DNA from: a virus
Direction: 5' to 3' (one strand)
IMG/VR virus record: IMGVR_UViG_3300000228_000002
Span: 32,001-96,000 of that record
DNA: 64,000 nt
Shown: in pieces, positions 1 to 10,762 of the stretch
Layout: every line of letters begins with the position of its first letter
Numbering within the stretch: the stretch's first letter is position 1
The notes under the pieces: model-generated
The model's database searches: none
What the model was told of the DNA's origin: nothing
Seen by the model: only the letters and a program-made list of their open reading frames with translations
Made by a program: the position numbers and the translations under genes

Positions 1-2523
1 GAACACATAGATAGAGTTAGTCTGAACATCTACTTGGTTCTTAACCAAAATACGATCACCATTGGCGAGGACAACCCCATCAATGTTGGCTGGCATTGAG
101 TTCACATCAATGTTGGCTGTAGTAGCTACTTTGACCTTTGCAGTATAGTTGTTGTTCAACTGAACATATGCATTAGTAAGACCAGGCAGAGTTCTTATAG
201 CAGTCTGAATCTGTGATAGCGTAGCATTGTATGCTATGTTGGCAGTAGAGTTGGCATTGTATGTGATCTGGAAAGTTCCAGAAATGGCTTCACTGTCAAA
301 TGCTATTGCTGCTGTCTTGGGTGGTATAGTCAGAACTTCGAGGCCAGCAATAATTAGAGAATCAGCAGAAGCTCCTGCAATTCTCATATTGATCGTAGTT
401 ACTTGGGTTGAATCCAACCCACCAACGATTTTGACTCTCTGAAATCTTTCACCAGAAATATAGGCAATGTTTGAGGAAGCAGTACCAGCCTGACTAACAC
501 TTATAGTGCTTACCGACTGTTCATTGTTGAGTGAAATAGCAAGATCTGGGGACCCTGGTGTAACCTTACACCATAGATACAATTCAGTGATGAAGTCCGT
601 TATTTGGATATCACCAGTGGAAGTGAGGAATACTACCTCAACTTCGCCTGTGTCGGAGTGTGCTCTTCTTACACACGAACCATAGAGAATTACTCTAGGG
701 TCGATTCTCTTTCCACCTTGAGATATACCAAAAGCTGGTCTACCCTCTGGTCTAGAGAACTCTTTTAATCGGAACAGATCATCAATCTTGATAACTTCAT
801 GTGCATGAGCTTTAAGCTCACTCATCAGAAGGTTTCTTGGATTGTTGTTAACTCTTGTAGATCCACCAGGAAGAATGTTGTCGTTAATTTGCGACGGTCT
901 CAAACCGGTGTCGATGTTGACTATTGATATAGAGTTTGCTGTTCTTGCAGTTACTCGATATTCGATGCCAAGACCATCAATGAAAATGTTCCCCACTTTA
1001 ACTAGGGTAGTAAGATCAGGGGCTCCAACATACGTTACTGTGCCTGTAGCTGCACTATAAGTGTACACATATGCATTGTTTTCGAAAGTGTACGTTAGTG
1101 GTACATCAATGTTCTTATCAAAAATTGGCCCAAGCTTAACGTCGTTCTGGAAATAATCATAATCTTCGTTAGTAGCTACGATAGTAGTGTTCTGGTTAGA
1201 ACCCAAGTAGCTAATCAAATCGTCGATGTCTTCTCTTAGTTCTTTGTTTGACTCGTCAGGATTCAGATAAGTATCAAAAGGTTTACCTTTGATGTTCTGA
1301 ATATGTTGAATTGCTTCACCCGATACGAAATCTGATGCAGGACCCTTCTTAGTATCAAACCCTTTGTCTATCGTTCCAAGAATTTTCTTAGCAGAGTACG
1401 ATACTCTTAATGAGGTGTCGATTGGTTGATCTGTGGTGATATAAAGGTTTCCACTGTAGAAACCGTCAGCATCAGCATCAATAGATGGATTAAGGATTTG
1501 GGTTTGAGCCGAGTCCTTATAGATTTGTACAAATCGTGGCCATTTGCCTGCCGAATTGTTGACATAACCTCTATCATAATTCAGGTCGAGAAGAGCAAAA
1601 TACGTAACTGCAGTACCTACTCCACCCTTACCTATATAAACTGGGTGAAGGAGACCAGTCAATTCAATACGACCACCACCAGCAAGGATGAGTAGTTGTG
1701 GTTCGGCTAACGGGTATTCTGTAGTTACAAACGGGTTCAATGCAGACGGTGTACCGTGTGAACCCTGGAGAGCATCCTTTTCATTTCCGTCAAGAAGTCT
1801 GGCTGTGTCTTGTTGAGTGACATATCTGTTAATAATACTAGGTGCACCTACCGAACCGATAGCAGCATCTTTCTGATCATCAGTTAAATGCTTCTCATCA
1901 ACATATAAATTGTTACGGTGCGATGACACTTCATTTTGAAGAGCCAGTGTGTTGGTAAGATTCAACCAAGTGACACCATTCCATGCATAAATCTCAACTA
2001 GACCACCAGCACCACCAATAATAAAGTGATCACCATCGCGATTGTGTTGAGCAGGAAGTTCCGCACTTGTTTGAAGATAGCCTCTGAAAGGGCTTCTTCC
2101 AAGTCTATCGAATGTGTCACGAATATCGTAAGTAATATTTGCAGAAGTGATGGCTAAATCGCCAATACCCAATGTAATGGTACCGAATACAACGTGATCG
2201 CCCTTGTCCAGGAGTGCATTAAAAGCACTGACCTCGTAAGTTCTGTACTCGATAATAGGCTGATCAGCCTGTATCCATTTTGCATATATAGTGAGAACTG
2301 TCGTCTGGTTCAGTGGGATAGCCTGAAACACGTGAGTCTGGGTGTCTTGAACTAGCAAACCTTCATCGGTCATTGCCGTGAAAGGCGTGACAGCTACATC
2401 TAGACCATTTGGTACTAGGAGTGCACCCTGAGTGATACCTTTCTTGAAAGTTACTGCAAATCTCTGGTTAAGGTCAGCTGTGGAATCGTTATTTAACCAT
2501 TTGAAAATCACATTTAATGCCAT
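1..2523 (-). CDS. Tail fibre/baseplate-associated protein, paralogue A (3' end runs off the window; absent from the ORF track)
   Basis: Hand translation from ATG 2523 gives MALNVIFKWLNNDSTADLNQRF...WNGVTWLNLTN...EKHLTDDQK...GSHGTPS, colinear with the 1302-aa ORF. The frame was spot-checked at the start, ~1.1 kb and 1-300. Near the window edge it carries the phage fibre motif VKVATTANID...IDGVVLANGDRILVKNQ. Confidence 0.85.
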   Translation of the reverse strand, partial: MALNVIFKWLNNDSTADLNQRFAVTFKKGITQGALLVPNGLDVAVTPFTAMTDEGLLVQDTQTHVFQAIPLNQTTVLTIYAKWIQADQPIIEYRTYEVSAFNALLDKGDHVVFGTITLGIGDLAITSANITYDIRDTFDRLGRSPFRGYLQTSAELPAQHNRDGDHFIIGGAGGLVEIYAWNGVTWLNLTNTLALQNEVSSHRNNLYVDEKHLTDDQKDAAIGSVGAPSIINRYVTQQDTARLLDGNEKDALQGSHGTPSALNPFVTTEYPLAEPQLLILAGGGRIELTGLLHPVYIGKGGVGTAVTYFALLDLNYDRGYVNNSAGKWPRFVQIYKDSAQTQILNPSIDADADGFYSGNLYITTDQPIDTSLRVSYSAKKILGTIDKGFDTKKGPASDFVSGEAIQHIQNIKGKPFDTYLNPDESNKELREDIDDLISYLGSNQNTTIVATNEDYDYFQNDVKLGPIFDKNIDVPLTYTFENNAYVYTYSAATGTVTYVGAPDLTTLVKVGNIFIDGLGIEYRVTARTANSISIVNIDTGLRPSQINDNILPGGSTRVNNNPRNLLMSELKAHAHEVIKIDDLFRLKEFSRPEGRPAFGISQGGKRIDPRVILYGSCVRRAHSDTGEVEVVFLTSTGDIQITDFITELYLWCKVTPGSPDLAISLNNEQSVSTISVSQAGTASSNIAYISGERFQRVKIVGGLDSTQVTTINMRIAGASADSLIIAGLEVLTIPPKTAAIAFDSEAISGTFQITYNANSTANIAYNATLSQIQTAIRTLPGLTNAYVQLNNNYTAKVKVATTANIDVNSMPANIDGVVLANGDRILVKNQVDVQTNSIYVF

Positions 2524-2582
2524 ATACTGATAACCTTATTTAGTAAATTTGGATTAAAGTTAACGTAGGTGGTTTTGTGCTA

Positions 2583-5500
2583 TTAAACAAAACTACCGCC
2601 ATCAATAATATTTGAGTCACCCTGGCCCTCATCAACTAGATCGAACACGTCTCCAACGGTGGAGATCAAGTCATCTAGAGACTTAGTTCCGTTACCAAAA
2701 TTTCTTCTATCATATTGATTTGAGTAACCGAGGTAGTATCTTGTACTACGGGCCAACTCGTTAGCATAACCAAAATATCCATACGAATTTGTAAAGAATA
2801 TTTGGTTCACGTTAATGTAGAAATCACTAGAGTTAGAGTTATTAGCCATTGGAGATGGAATTTGAACTCTGATAGTGTATTTACCATAGTCTGGAAATTC
2901 AACCTCGATACGTTTACGAGCCGGTACTGCAGCATACATATCAACGATACCGCCAGCGTTACCACCACCAATGATGTCATTTCTGATTATACCACCAGCA
3001 AAGACTGCTCCAGGGAAGTTCTCTTCTTTAACAATTCGGAACGATAAGTCGTTATTGAATTTTGCCTGTACTAATGCATACCCAGAATCATCTGTGGCAG
3101 TGTATTCGAAGGCAAGAGTACGACCGTAGAAAGTCCACTCAAAGTAGGAACCTTCAGCATTTGATCTGTTGTACCTTCCGTAGAGTTTAGTCCAGTCAAT
3201 ACTTGAAGACCAAGGAAGTCCTAGACCATCAATAAATCTTACGAGTGATGTGTAAGCATCGAAGCCCACAGAGCCAAGTGGCAAGTTAGCACCGGGAAGA
3301 TTGCCTGTATTCGGATTGTTAAGGGAAACACGGTAAGCTGCCAAATATTTGATTTGACTAATATCAAGACCAGCTGGTTTATTGACTGCCTCTGGTTCTT
3401 TGAAAATGAACCCCACAATATTCATGTTTTGTGCATTGTAGATTTCCACTTCATATGCTTGGAATCTACCATTAGCAAACAATTGAATTCTTGTGTAGCC
3501 TTCAATGCCTGTTGATTTAGAGATTGCAGGAGAGCCATTTATAGTGTAACTGAATGCAATGTTTGATGAGTTAGCTACAATGATGTCCATTGAAGAACAC
3601 ACGGCACATATCTTGAGTCTCGAAGTTGGGTTAGGGAACACCAGAGCTCTCTCATAACCTTCCACGTTCAGTTCTGTGAAAGATATCTCTTTAGAAATGA
3701 ATTTTGTCGATCCATCCTCAAGGATTGAAACCCTGTCAACCACGATTGGTGGAAGTTGTAGGAATTCACCGAATGTAGCCAAACCGCAGAATTCGGCAAT
3801 AATGCGTCTAGCTTCCACTTCTTTATCATAGGATTCTGAAATTGTAGAACAGATGTGAATTAGTGCACCCGAACCAGCCATGTTGAAGTTTGAATCAAAA
3901 GTTACAACAGGGCCAACGATGTTGGTAATTATTTTAGTTTCCTCGTTAGTGGCAGTGACAACTTTGACTATATCGCCAATTCGGAAGAAATTAGCTAGTT
4001 TAACCGTTCCTGTACCAACCGTAATTTGGTTACTTCCTACGAAAACACTACCCACTGGGGTTAAGCTGTTTCCATCGAAATCAGTCATAGGACTGAAATG
4101 GCTCTGAATTTGGAGCTCTCTATTGTAAAGGATTGATGTCACTGCTCCACGACGGAGAGTACCAACTTCATTCAAAGGAATTACTTCCACTTGATCTTGG
4201 TAAACAGCATCACCCTGAACAAAAGCTCTTCCTGGAAGAAGATTTGCTTGGTCAAATTCCCTACGAATCAAATCAAACCCGTAGAACACGAATTCTGGGG
4301 TTGCATCTGGGATGATAATTTCCACCGTGTGGGTTACACCGTCTTGGAGATTTGATACGATCGGATAGTTCTTAGTCTTGATGTCGGATAGAGTATCGAA
4401 AGACACTGCCAATCCACCATAGCTCAAATCGAAGTTTGGATATGTCACCCCATCAACGATTACTCCAATAGAGGGAGAGCTTGCGTTGGTATCGGAGATA
4501 AGTTCTAGATCAGTGAAGTGTCCAGTGATGGTGTATCTAGCACTATTTACAGAGAACACCTGTGTTTTTGGTCCACCATTAGGTCCAGCTAGTGGATTAG
4601 TGACTGTTCTAGTCTGAATGTTTCCGTAGGCTCTCAGTCTATTCTCTTTATGGATTACAGACTTCAGAGGCTCTTGAATTTCGAATGCTAGTTGACCAGT
4701 TACAGGATGATACTCATTCTCAACTGAAATCATTTTGGAAGCCACAATCCTCTCACGGTGCTGAGCAAGCTGCATTGTAGAAAGATTGATCCTACGAGGA
4801 TTGTCATCTACTTTAACAGACCCGTGTAGAACCTTGCTAATTGTGGTATTGATATTGATAGGAACTTGTGATTTTCTGTTTCTGATTGTAACTGTAGTAG
4901 GAGTTAACCCTACAATTACAAATTCATTATCACCACCATCAACGAAGACGTTTCCACCCACAACAGAACCCAAGTTGGGGGAACCGACATAAGTCACTAC
5001 ACCTGTAATGTTGTTATATGTGAACGTGATCCCAGTTGAATTTTCGAATGTGTAGTTGATTAATCCTACGTTGTTCTCGTATAGCCCTGTATATTCAGGG
5101 ATAGAGTTCATTTTGTCGAAGTCACTTACTACCATGTCAGTAGTAGTGTTGGAGTTAGCATATTGCTTAATATCTCCGACTTCTTCGTAGAGCTCAATGT
5201 TGGAAGCTTTCTCTGGTAGAACAGAATCGTAAGTTATGCCTGATACTTCTTCAAACTTCTTGATCACGTCACGGTTGGTCTGAGCAACTTTCGGTTGGTT
5301 ATCAAATAGAAGATCAATTTTGTAACTACCAAGTGTATTTCTTATTCCGTGAACTAAACGGTATGCCAGATCAGGAACTACGTTGAATTTCAGGTATAGA
5401 GGGCCAGCAATGTAGAAACCGTACTGGTCAATGTCAACTAAAGGTTCTGAACCTGGATCCGAAATCAATTGAGTAAGGCCTGCATCTTTATATATAGCAA

Positions 5501-6491
5501 CAACGTCAACTTCCGTACTATCCGAGTTTAGATATTCTCTATTCTCTGTAGCATGGAACATTTTGAAGTATTGAAGGTGTGAACCGAGACCACCACGGCC
5601 TAAGTATATAGCACCACTGACAACCAGAGGATCTGCCGGAGTGTTGACAGTAGTTATTGTTGGTTGTGCAAATTCTAGACCTTGAGTAACATACTTATTG
5701 GTGCTAGAAGGTGTCCCGTGAGAGCCTACTAGAGCGTCATTCTCACCTTGGGTAGGAATCCTTGGGTCTGTGTCAGTTACGAATTTGTTGGTATTCGATG
5801 GGGCACCAAAAGTTCCCTCAACAGCCAGTTTTTCTGCATCCGTTAAATGCTTCTCGTTGGCAAACAGGTTCTGTCTATGTTGTGTAAGTTGGGTCTGAAG
5901 GGCAATAACGTTGGTCATGTTGATCCAAGTAAAGCCGTTCCAACCGAACATGTTTACTGGGCCACCAATTCCATCAGTGACTTTATATGTATCGCCAATG
6001 AGATTGTCAGTAGCTGGTAACAGAGACTCTGAACTCAGAGTTCCTCTGTCTTGTCTACGACCAATTGGGTCGATAACCATTCTAGGCTTGAGATCAATGT
6101 ACGAAACTAGAACTTCTGTAGCAGTAAGGGGTATTATTACGTGGCCAAATACTATGTACTCATCTTTATTGATTAAACCATCAAAAACACCAGATTCCAC
6201 CACTTCGAAAACCACTGTCGGATCCGAAGTCTGGTTGTACACTACTCTGAGAGCTAGTACATTGGTCTGACCTACTGTTACGTCAACAGTCAAGACATCT
6301 GATGTCTCCTCGGCAACCATACCTTGCTTATTGAACACTTTCCATGGAGATATGTTCACCTTCAATTGAGAAGGGACAACAGTGATATTACCACCACTGA
6401 TAAGTCCAGGTTGAACCAATCCAACAAACCTTTCGTTGATGTCACGGGTAAGGTCTAGGTTACGATATTTTAAGAGGTACTTTCTTGACAT
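2583..6491 (-). CDS. Large tail fibre/baseplate-associated protein, paralogue B
   Basis: 1302 aa, beta-rich, downstream of the baseplate genes. N-terminal ~550 aa are homologous to the 1..2523 ORF. It ends in IDGGSF, typical of phage virion proteins. Confidence 0.75.
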   Translation of the reverse strand: MSRKYLLKYRNLDLTRDINERFVGLVQPGLISGGNITVVPSQLKVNISPWKVFNKQGMVAEETSDVLTVDVTVGQTNVLALRVVYNQTSDPTVVFEVVESGVFDGLINKDEYIVFGHVIIPLTATEVLVSYIDLKPRMVIDPIGRRQDRGTLSSESLLPATDNLIGDTYKVTDGIGGPVNMFGWNGFTWINMTNVIALQTQLTQHRQNLFANEKHLTDAEKLAVEGTFGAPSNTNKFVTDTDPRIPTQGENDALVGSHGTPSSTNKYVTQGLEFAQPTITTVNTPADPLVVSGAIYLGRGGLGSHLQYFKMFHATENREYLNSDSTEVDVVAIYKDAGLTQLISDPGSEPLVDIDQYGFYIAGPLYLKFNVVPDLAYRLVHGIRNTLGSYKIDLLFDNQPKVAQTNRDVIKKFEEVSGITYDSVLPEKASNIELYEEVGDIKQYANSNTTTDMVVSDFDKMNSIPEYTGLYENNVGLINYTFENSTGITFTYNNITGVVTYVGSPNLGSVVGGNVFVDGGDNEFVIVGLTPTTVTIRNRKSQVPININTTISKVLHGSVKVDDNPRRINLSTMQLAQHRERIVASKMISVENEYHPVTGQLAFEIQEPLKSVIHKENRLRAYGNIQTRTVTNPLAGPNGGPKTQVFSVNSARYTITGHFTDLELISDTNASSPSIGVIVDGVTYPNFDLSYGGLAVSFDTLSDIKTKNYPIVSNLQDGVTHTVEIIIPDATPEFVFYGFDLIRREFDQANLLPGRAFVQGDAVYQDQVEVIPLNEVGTLRRGAVTSILYNRELQIQSHFSPMTDFDGNSLTPVGSVFVGSNQITVGTGTVKLANFFRIGDIVKVVTATNEETKIITNIVGPVVTFDSNFNMAGSGALIHICSTISESYDKEVEARRIIAEFCGLATFGEFLQLPPIVVDRVSILEDGSTKFISKEISFTELNVEGYERALVFPNPTSRLKICAVCSSMDIIVANSSNIAFSYTINGSPAISKSTGIEGYTRIQLFANGRFQAYEVEIYNAQNMNIVGFIFKEPEAVNKPAGLDISQIKYLAAYRVSLNNPNTGNLPGANLPLGSVGFDAYTSLVRFIDGLGLPWSSSIDWTKLYGRYNRSNAEGSYFEWTFYGRTLAFEYTATDDSGYALVQAKFNNDLSFRIVKEENFPGAVFAGGIIRNDIIGGGNAGGIVDMYAAVPARKRIEVEFPDYGKYTIRVQIPSPMANNSNSSDFYINVNQIFFTNSYGYFGYANELARSTRYYLGYSNQYDRRNFGNGTKSLDDLISTVGDVFDLVDEGQGDSNIIDGGSFV

Positions 6492-6554
6492 CTATGACTC
6501 CAGAGGGTGTTGTATACCTTTGAAATTTAACTTCGGGCTCAACCCCGAGGTGTC

Positions 6555-6583
6555 TTGACAGGTACAAGGTATTGTGTTATAGC
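6555..6583 (+). promoter_or_regulatory. Sigma70-type promoter, probably giving a leaderless transcript
   Basis: TTGACA (6555) - 17 bp - TATAGC (6578) with an upstream TG. The ATG at 6590 lies 7 nt after the -10. Confidence 0.65.
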
Positions 6584-6589
6584 TATTAA

Positions 6590-6871
6590 ATGTCAGAAAT
6601 CACCTGTACGAAAATCAAGATGTGTAATATTTGCCCCTTCAAAGATTCGGACTTCTAGAAGTCAGAGACTATGCAGGAGGACTATCACAGGGTGGCTATG
6701 CTATCCATGGCCCACGAAGGGGAAGAGGTGTGGACATGCCTGCACCACCTCAACTACGAGAAGTCCGACATAAGGTTTCAGTGCCATAAGGGTGCCAAGG
6801 AACTGGTCAAAGCCAAGAGACATGTCCACGTTATTGACTACGTGCCATGCCACGATATACTTACCCTATAA
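6590..6871 (+). pseudogene. Cys/His-rich small protein interrupted by an in-frame TAG
   Basis: MSEITCTKIKMCNICPFKDSDF*(TAG 6656-6658)KSETMQED...WTCLHH...QCH. Both halves are in one frame. Confidence 0.6.
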
Positions 6872-6888
6872 CAATCCAAGGGGTAGTT

Positions 6889-7077
6889 ATGTCAAGACCA
6901 GCTTCAAAATTAGAAGACCTGAAAGTAGGCAAGACATATAGATGTTGTAACCACGACATCGTATTCGGACAAGAGTGGTTAACACCAGTTGAAATTGATC
7001 TTAAGGAACGCAAGATGATTTACGAGAATGCTGCTCGTAACAGACAGACCGTCAAGTTCAAAGAAAGAATTGGTTAG
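6889..7077 (+). CDS. Hypothetical protein
   Basis: AAGGGG RBS before ATG 6889 (MSRPASK...). Confidence 0.6.
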   Translation: MSRPASKLEDLKVGKTYRCCNHDIVFGQEWLTPVEIDLKERKMIYENAARNRQTVKFKERIG

Positions 7078-7112
7078 TCTGGTTGGTTCTCATTTAACAA
7101 CACTCACCCAGC

Positions 7113-7550
7113 TTAAATCTCAACCTGAATAGCAATAGTTCTCTGCTCAGCATCAGTTTTCACTACAAGTGGTGAGTTACCTACTGCAAAGAGGAATGTC
7201 GTGCCAACGATAGGATCGGCAGGGATTGGAGAATACGTGTACGTGGCAATAAGGCCAATGTTTGATAGGTTCCCTACTGCCTCAAGAAAGTCCAACTCAC
7301 AAGTGTATTCCACACAGTAAGCAGTGACCAATGTCTTATTGGCAATGGCTTTAGGTCCAAATGTCTGACCCGGCAATGTGATCAATGCTGGTTCTGGGGT
7401 AAGAGCCACGTTTGGATCACCAACATCATGCCCACCACCGCCTGTAACGAAATGAGTGATAGTGAATGCCACACCTGATTGGAGAAGATCAGCTAGTGCT
7501 GAACGACCTTTATCGGTTACTGATGCAATGATTGAAAAACTTGATGCCAT
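7113..7550 (-). CDS. Baseplate/tail-collar fibre attachment protein (P2 gpH N-terminus/DUF3751-like)
   Basis: VTDKGRSALADLLQSGVAFTITHFVTGGGG motif, position after the baseplate J/I genes, and a GGAG RBS before ATG 7550. Confidence 0.6.
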   Translation of the reverse strand: MASSFSIIASVTDKGRSALADLLQSGVAFTITHFVTGGGGHDVGDPNVALTPEPALITLPGQTFGPKAIANKTLVTAYCVEYTCELDFLEAVGNLSNIGLIATYTYSPIPADPIVGTTFLFAVGNSPLVVKTDAEQRTIAIQVEI

Positions 7551-7578
7551 TGTAGCTCCATTTATTACAAAATATAAC

Positions 7579-8889
7579 TTAGATTTCTCCACCAGTAATG
7601 GCTAGTTCTATGGCTAGGTCCACATCGTTTCTTGTGGTATTTAAGCTCTGAGTGAAGTAACTATAATAAGGCCAAGGATTTGCATAGTTTGGTGGTGAAT
7701 GTACTATGAAGGTGTCAAGCCCTAGTTGATCGTTCTCATACTGCTCAAATCTTCCAGACAGTGACCATCCTATCCAACCATCCGACCATGGATCGACATC
7801 GTCCGAGTCAAACGGTAGGTTGCTATCAAACGGTTCTTCTATATCAAAAGATTGTCTAGCATTACCAATTGGGTTCTCAAGGACTAGATCGAATGTATAG
7901 CTTGCGCCTTTCATTCTCCACTCCATATAAGAACTGATAGTCATACTAACTCGAATGTTGTTGAAACACTCGGTTCTAGCCAACTGCTGAAGGAAATCCG
8001 CCCCATATCTGTCTAAGTCGAAGGCATGCGTTCTAAGTTTGCCTTGGAAGTAGTATCTGATTTGTTGCTCATTAATATCAACTATTTCATACAAGCTAGG
8101 GTTAGCTGCCAAATACTTGATCAGAGTCACAAACTTGGTGATTCCATAGTTCGGAATCCATGCATGAGCTTCAGTCCCATAGAACTGTGACGCTAGGTTC
8201 GTCCAAGGGTCACCCTCTGGATCGAATTCAAAAGTGTCCTTATCCATCTGATTGTAGACGGGATTGGCAAGAGTCAAGGACTTGATGATATCGTTAACAC
8301 CTTCGTTGGTACCTGGAGAATGGAGAATCCCGCTAACCGCTAATCTGGTAGCAAGTGTCCTTAGAGACTGTATCTCTGGTAACAGGTCTTGTATCGGTAG
8401 AAAAGGTTCCACCAATCTTGTAGCATAAAGGGAGTTGACAGCCTGTTTCTGGACATCAACTTTCCTTATAACGTTGGTATAGAAATCCCTTAGGAATGAC
8501 AACCAGATAGTTAATATGTCGTTTACTGTGATGTAGAAAAAGAAGCTTTCATATACACCATTAGTGGTTTCGATAAGTATCTTGTTCTTACCGAGGCCCA
8601 GTTGTACGGAAATTGTAGATTCAGTAGATGTAGGTATTACATCAAATTCGTCGACGACAGTTCTATCATCTACACCAGCATCGTTGCTTTGAGACCTTTC
8701 AACAAATATCTTAAGAGATTCGTTGAGGCGGTCAGTGGTTAGCCTAAGTACTGTTGGTCTAGGAAGATATGGAATAGTATCCTTGGTAATCTCGTAGAAC
8801 TTGCCCCGAGGAGCACCATAAGGTTGACTATCCCAAATGAGATCAAAGTACGGCTTGTATATCGAATGTTCAATCTCAAGGGTTAACAC
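7579..8889 (-). CDS. Baseplate wedge protein (gpI/gp7-like position)
   Basis: Translationally coupled (TAGTG) to baseplate J. The PGTNEGVNDII segment resembles the 'GT..GI' motif of gpI-like proteins. Confidence 0.5.
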   Translation of the reverse strand: MLTLEIEHSIYKPYFDLIWDSQPYGAPRGKFYEITKDTIPYLPRPTVLRLTTDRLNESLKIFVERSQSNDAGVDDRTVVDEFDVIPTSTESTISVQLGLGKNKILIETTNGVYESFFFYITVNDILTIWLSFLRDFYTNVIRKVDVQKQAVNSLYATRLVEPFLPIQDLLPEIQSLRTLATRLAVSGILHSPGTNEGVNDIIKSLTLANPVYNQMDKDTFEFDPEGDPWTNLASQFYGTEAHAWIPNYGITKFVTLIKYLAANPSLYEIVDINEQQIRYYFQGKLRTHAFDLDRYGADFLQQLARTECFNNIRVSMTISSYMEWRMKGASYTFDLVLENPIGNARQSFDIEEPFDSNLPFDSDDVDPWSDGWIGWSLSGRFEQYENDQLGLDTFIVHSPPNYANPWPYYSYFTQSLNTTRNDVDLAIELAITGGEI

Positions 8890-10286
8890 TATCTAACCGC
8901 CTTGATATCTACATTGTCCTCTACGTACTGAGTGAGTTCATTCAACCCAAGAACAATTGTCTCAAGGTTGGTGATAGAACCTGTGTCTCTTCTAAATCGA
9001 GTAATTCTTAGAGTCTGAATCCCTGCTACGTTTTCGTTGATCAAGTTTCTGATTTCTGCAGGAGAAATTCTATCTCTATTTATAGCCAAGTCCAGGAACT
9101 CTTGAATCTGAGTCCTGACTGCTAGTGCCACTTCTTCGAAGGAATAAGAAGCTAGCACTTTCAATTCTATTGTGATAAGTGGTGATACGAAATTGAACTC
9201 TCTAATTAGATAGTTCGTTTGGAATAGCGATTCTGAAGAATCAGAAAACACTAAATCATCTACATCACTCAACACTTTATTGTAAGAGTAGATGTAGTCC
9301 ACTGTGTCGCCCAGAGCGATAGGTGTATCGAGCAGTATAGTATCAATGGCTTCTTTCGAATTTCCAGTGTCCGAACTAGTGTCTTTAACCAACTCGAAGC
9401 CAACACTCATAGAATTGTTAATCACCACACTGGTGACACTCATAACTGGTTGGTTTTCTGGAACAATTTGGGTTTGACCTGCAGTAGCCACGATAGACTC
9501 ATTTGCCACTTGCTCTTCAGTACCCAGTACATAAATGTCGATTGATGGTCTTAATTGAACTCTTTTGAATTCTGGGTCTGCTGGTGTAACAACCTGAACC
9601 AGTTGTACAAGGCTTGGCAATGTGTCGCTGATTCTTTTCCCTATCCCACTTTGAGTGTTAAGGTTAAGACCAGTCATTGTGTTTTTAAGTCTTTCTGCTT
9701 GTTGAGTTACGGTTTCCGTAGGCAAACCTTGGCTCGACTTGACTCTATTCTCGGTAGCATCGACCCCTGCTACAGTGGTAACGATCCTCTGAACTCTGAA
9801 AGCTGGGAGTGCATATTCCGGCCCTACACCATCAGCTTCCACTCTCACAGCTATTTCATAAGCTCTTCGACCAGCGTTGTAGTATGAGTCTGCTTGAGAT
9901 ACAAGCATTGTTACTGCTTGAGTAGTTCTGTACAGTAGAGTACCAGTAGAGTTACCTACCAGAGTTCCTTGAGGTATTACTACGTTTTCTCTCGGTCTTG
10001 TGAATCTAAGGAAGTATTGGGTATGTGATGATCTAGTACCCTCTCCTGGTCTAGATCCGAAGTTATTAAGTGCTCTTCTAACCTCATCTTCAGTGATTGT
10101 CTCATCGAAGTTCAGGGAGAACAGTTTTCTGAGATTTTCGGCTTCTTCTTCCGTAACGGCAGTAATACCAGACAGTGGAACAGTGAAGAGGTCCTTAATA
10201 GGCCCCTGTACCGTGTCCCAAGAAGGGTCTGATGTCTCTATACTTAAAGCATAGTCTTTTTCTATCTGTTCCGGGGAGCGAGCCAT
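8889..10286 (-). CDS. Baseplate J-like (gp6/gpJ) protein
   Basis: VVIPQGTLVG...YRTT...VEADGVGPEYAL...GLPTETV...AERL is the Baseplate_J pattern. It follows a gp25-like gene. Confidence 0.85.
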   Translation of the reverse strand: MARSPEQIEKDYALSIETSDPSWDTVQGPIKDLFTVPLSGITAVTEEEAENLRKLFSLNFDETITEDEVRRALNNFGSRPGEGTRSSHTQYFLRFTRPRENVVIPQGTLVGNSTGTLLYRTTQAVTMLVSQADSYYNAGRRAYEIAVRVEADGVGPEYALPAFRVQRIVTTVAGVDATENRVKSSQGLPTETVTQQAERLKNTMTGLNLNTQSGIGKRISDTLPSLVQLVQVVTPADPEFKRVQLRPSIDIYVLGTEEQVANESIVATAGQTQIVPENQPVMSVTSVVINNSMSVGFELVKDTSSDTGNSKEAIDTILLDTPIALGDTVDYIYSYNKVLSDVDDLVFSDSSESLFQTNYLIREFNFVSPLITIELKVLASYSFEEVALAVRTQIQEFLDLAINRDRISPAEIRNLINENVAGIQTLRITRFRRDTGSITNLETIVLGLNELTQYVEDNVDIKAVR

Positions 10287-10325
10287 ATTAATTCCTTCAA
10301 TTGTTTCCTATTTAAGGTACAATTG

Positions 10326-10760
10326 TTAACGTGCATAAACCTTATCTATTTCAAGCAAATGGTTGAGTTGGGTTTCATTTAAGTCTCCCACGGTGGTAGC
10401 AAATTCTGCTGTTTCACCTGAACTATGTAGAACCTCTGCTAGGAACACAACCGTAGTCATATCTATTCTCTGAGTAAGAATTTTTTCGATCCTTACAATT
10501 CTATCTCTTTGAGAAGCTGCCACTTGTTTGGAAATAGTTCTGAAGAGTGCATCATAAATAGCTCTCTCAATTGCTACCTCGGCAACATCCGACGATATGT
10601 TCAGTTCGTTGAGGGTACTTCCAGTGTCGAAGAAGTTGCTATAATCTGTCAGAATTGAGTTGGCAACATCTTGAGAAGCCTTTTGAGCTCCGTCAACTAC
10701 TTCCAACACTCCATTCTCATCTCTTGACAATTTGCCATTCGATATTTTTAATGTTTTCAT
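10326..10760 (-). CDS. Baseplate wedge subunit, gp25/gpW-like
   Basis: 144 aa; MKTLKISNGKL...VDGAQKASQDV...GSTL; directly upstream of baseplate J. Confidence 0.65.
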   Translation of the reverse strand: MKTLKISNGKLSRDENGVLEVVDGAQKASQDVANSILTDYSNFFDTGSTLNELNISSDVAEVAIERAIYDALFRTISKQVAASQRDRIVRIEKILTQRIDMTTVVFLAEVLHSSGETAEFATTVGDLNETQLNHLLEIDKVYAR

Positions 10761-10762
10761 CT

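Noticed and set aside
227-6270. Plus-strand ORFs in the track overlapping the fibre genes, and similar shadow ORFs in the collagen and SSB regions
   Set aside because: They are antisense or alternative-frame shadows of long, well-supported genes and have no RBS or motifs.
6656-6658. In-frame TAG as a sign of stop-codon recoding (genetic code 15)
   Set aside because: TAG ends many intact genes, including the coupled TAGTG junction at 8889. Long ORFs are unbroken under code 11, and no suppressor tRNA is seen.
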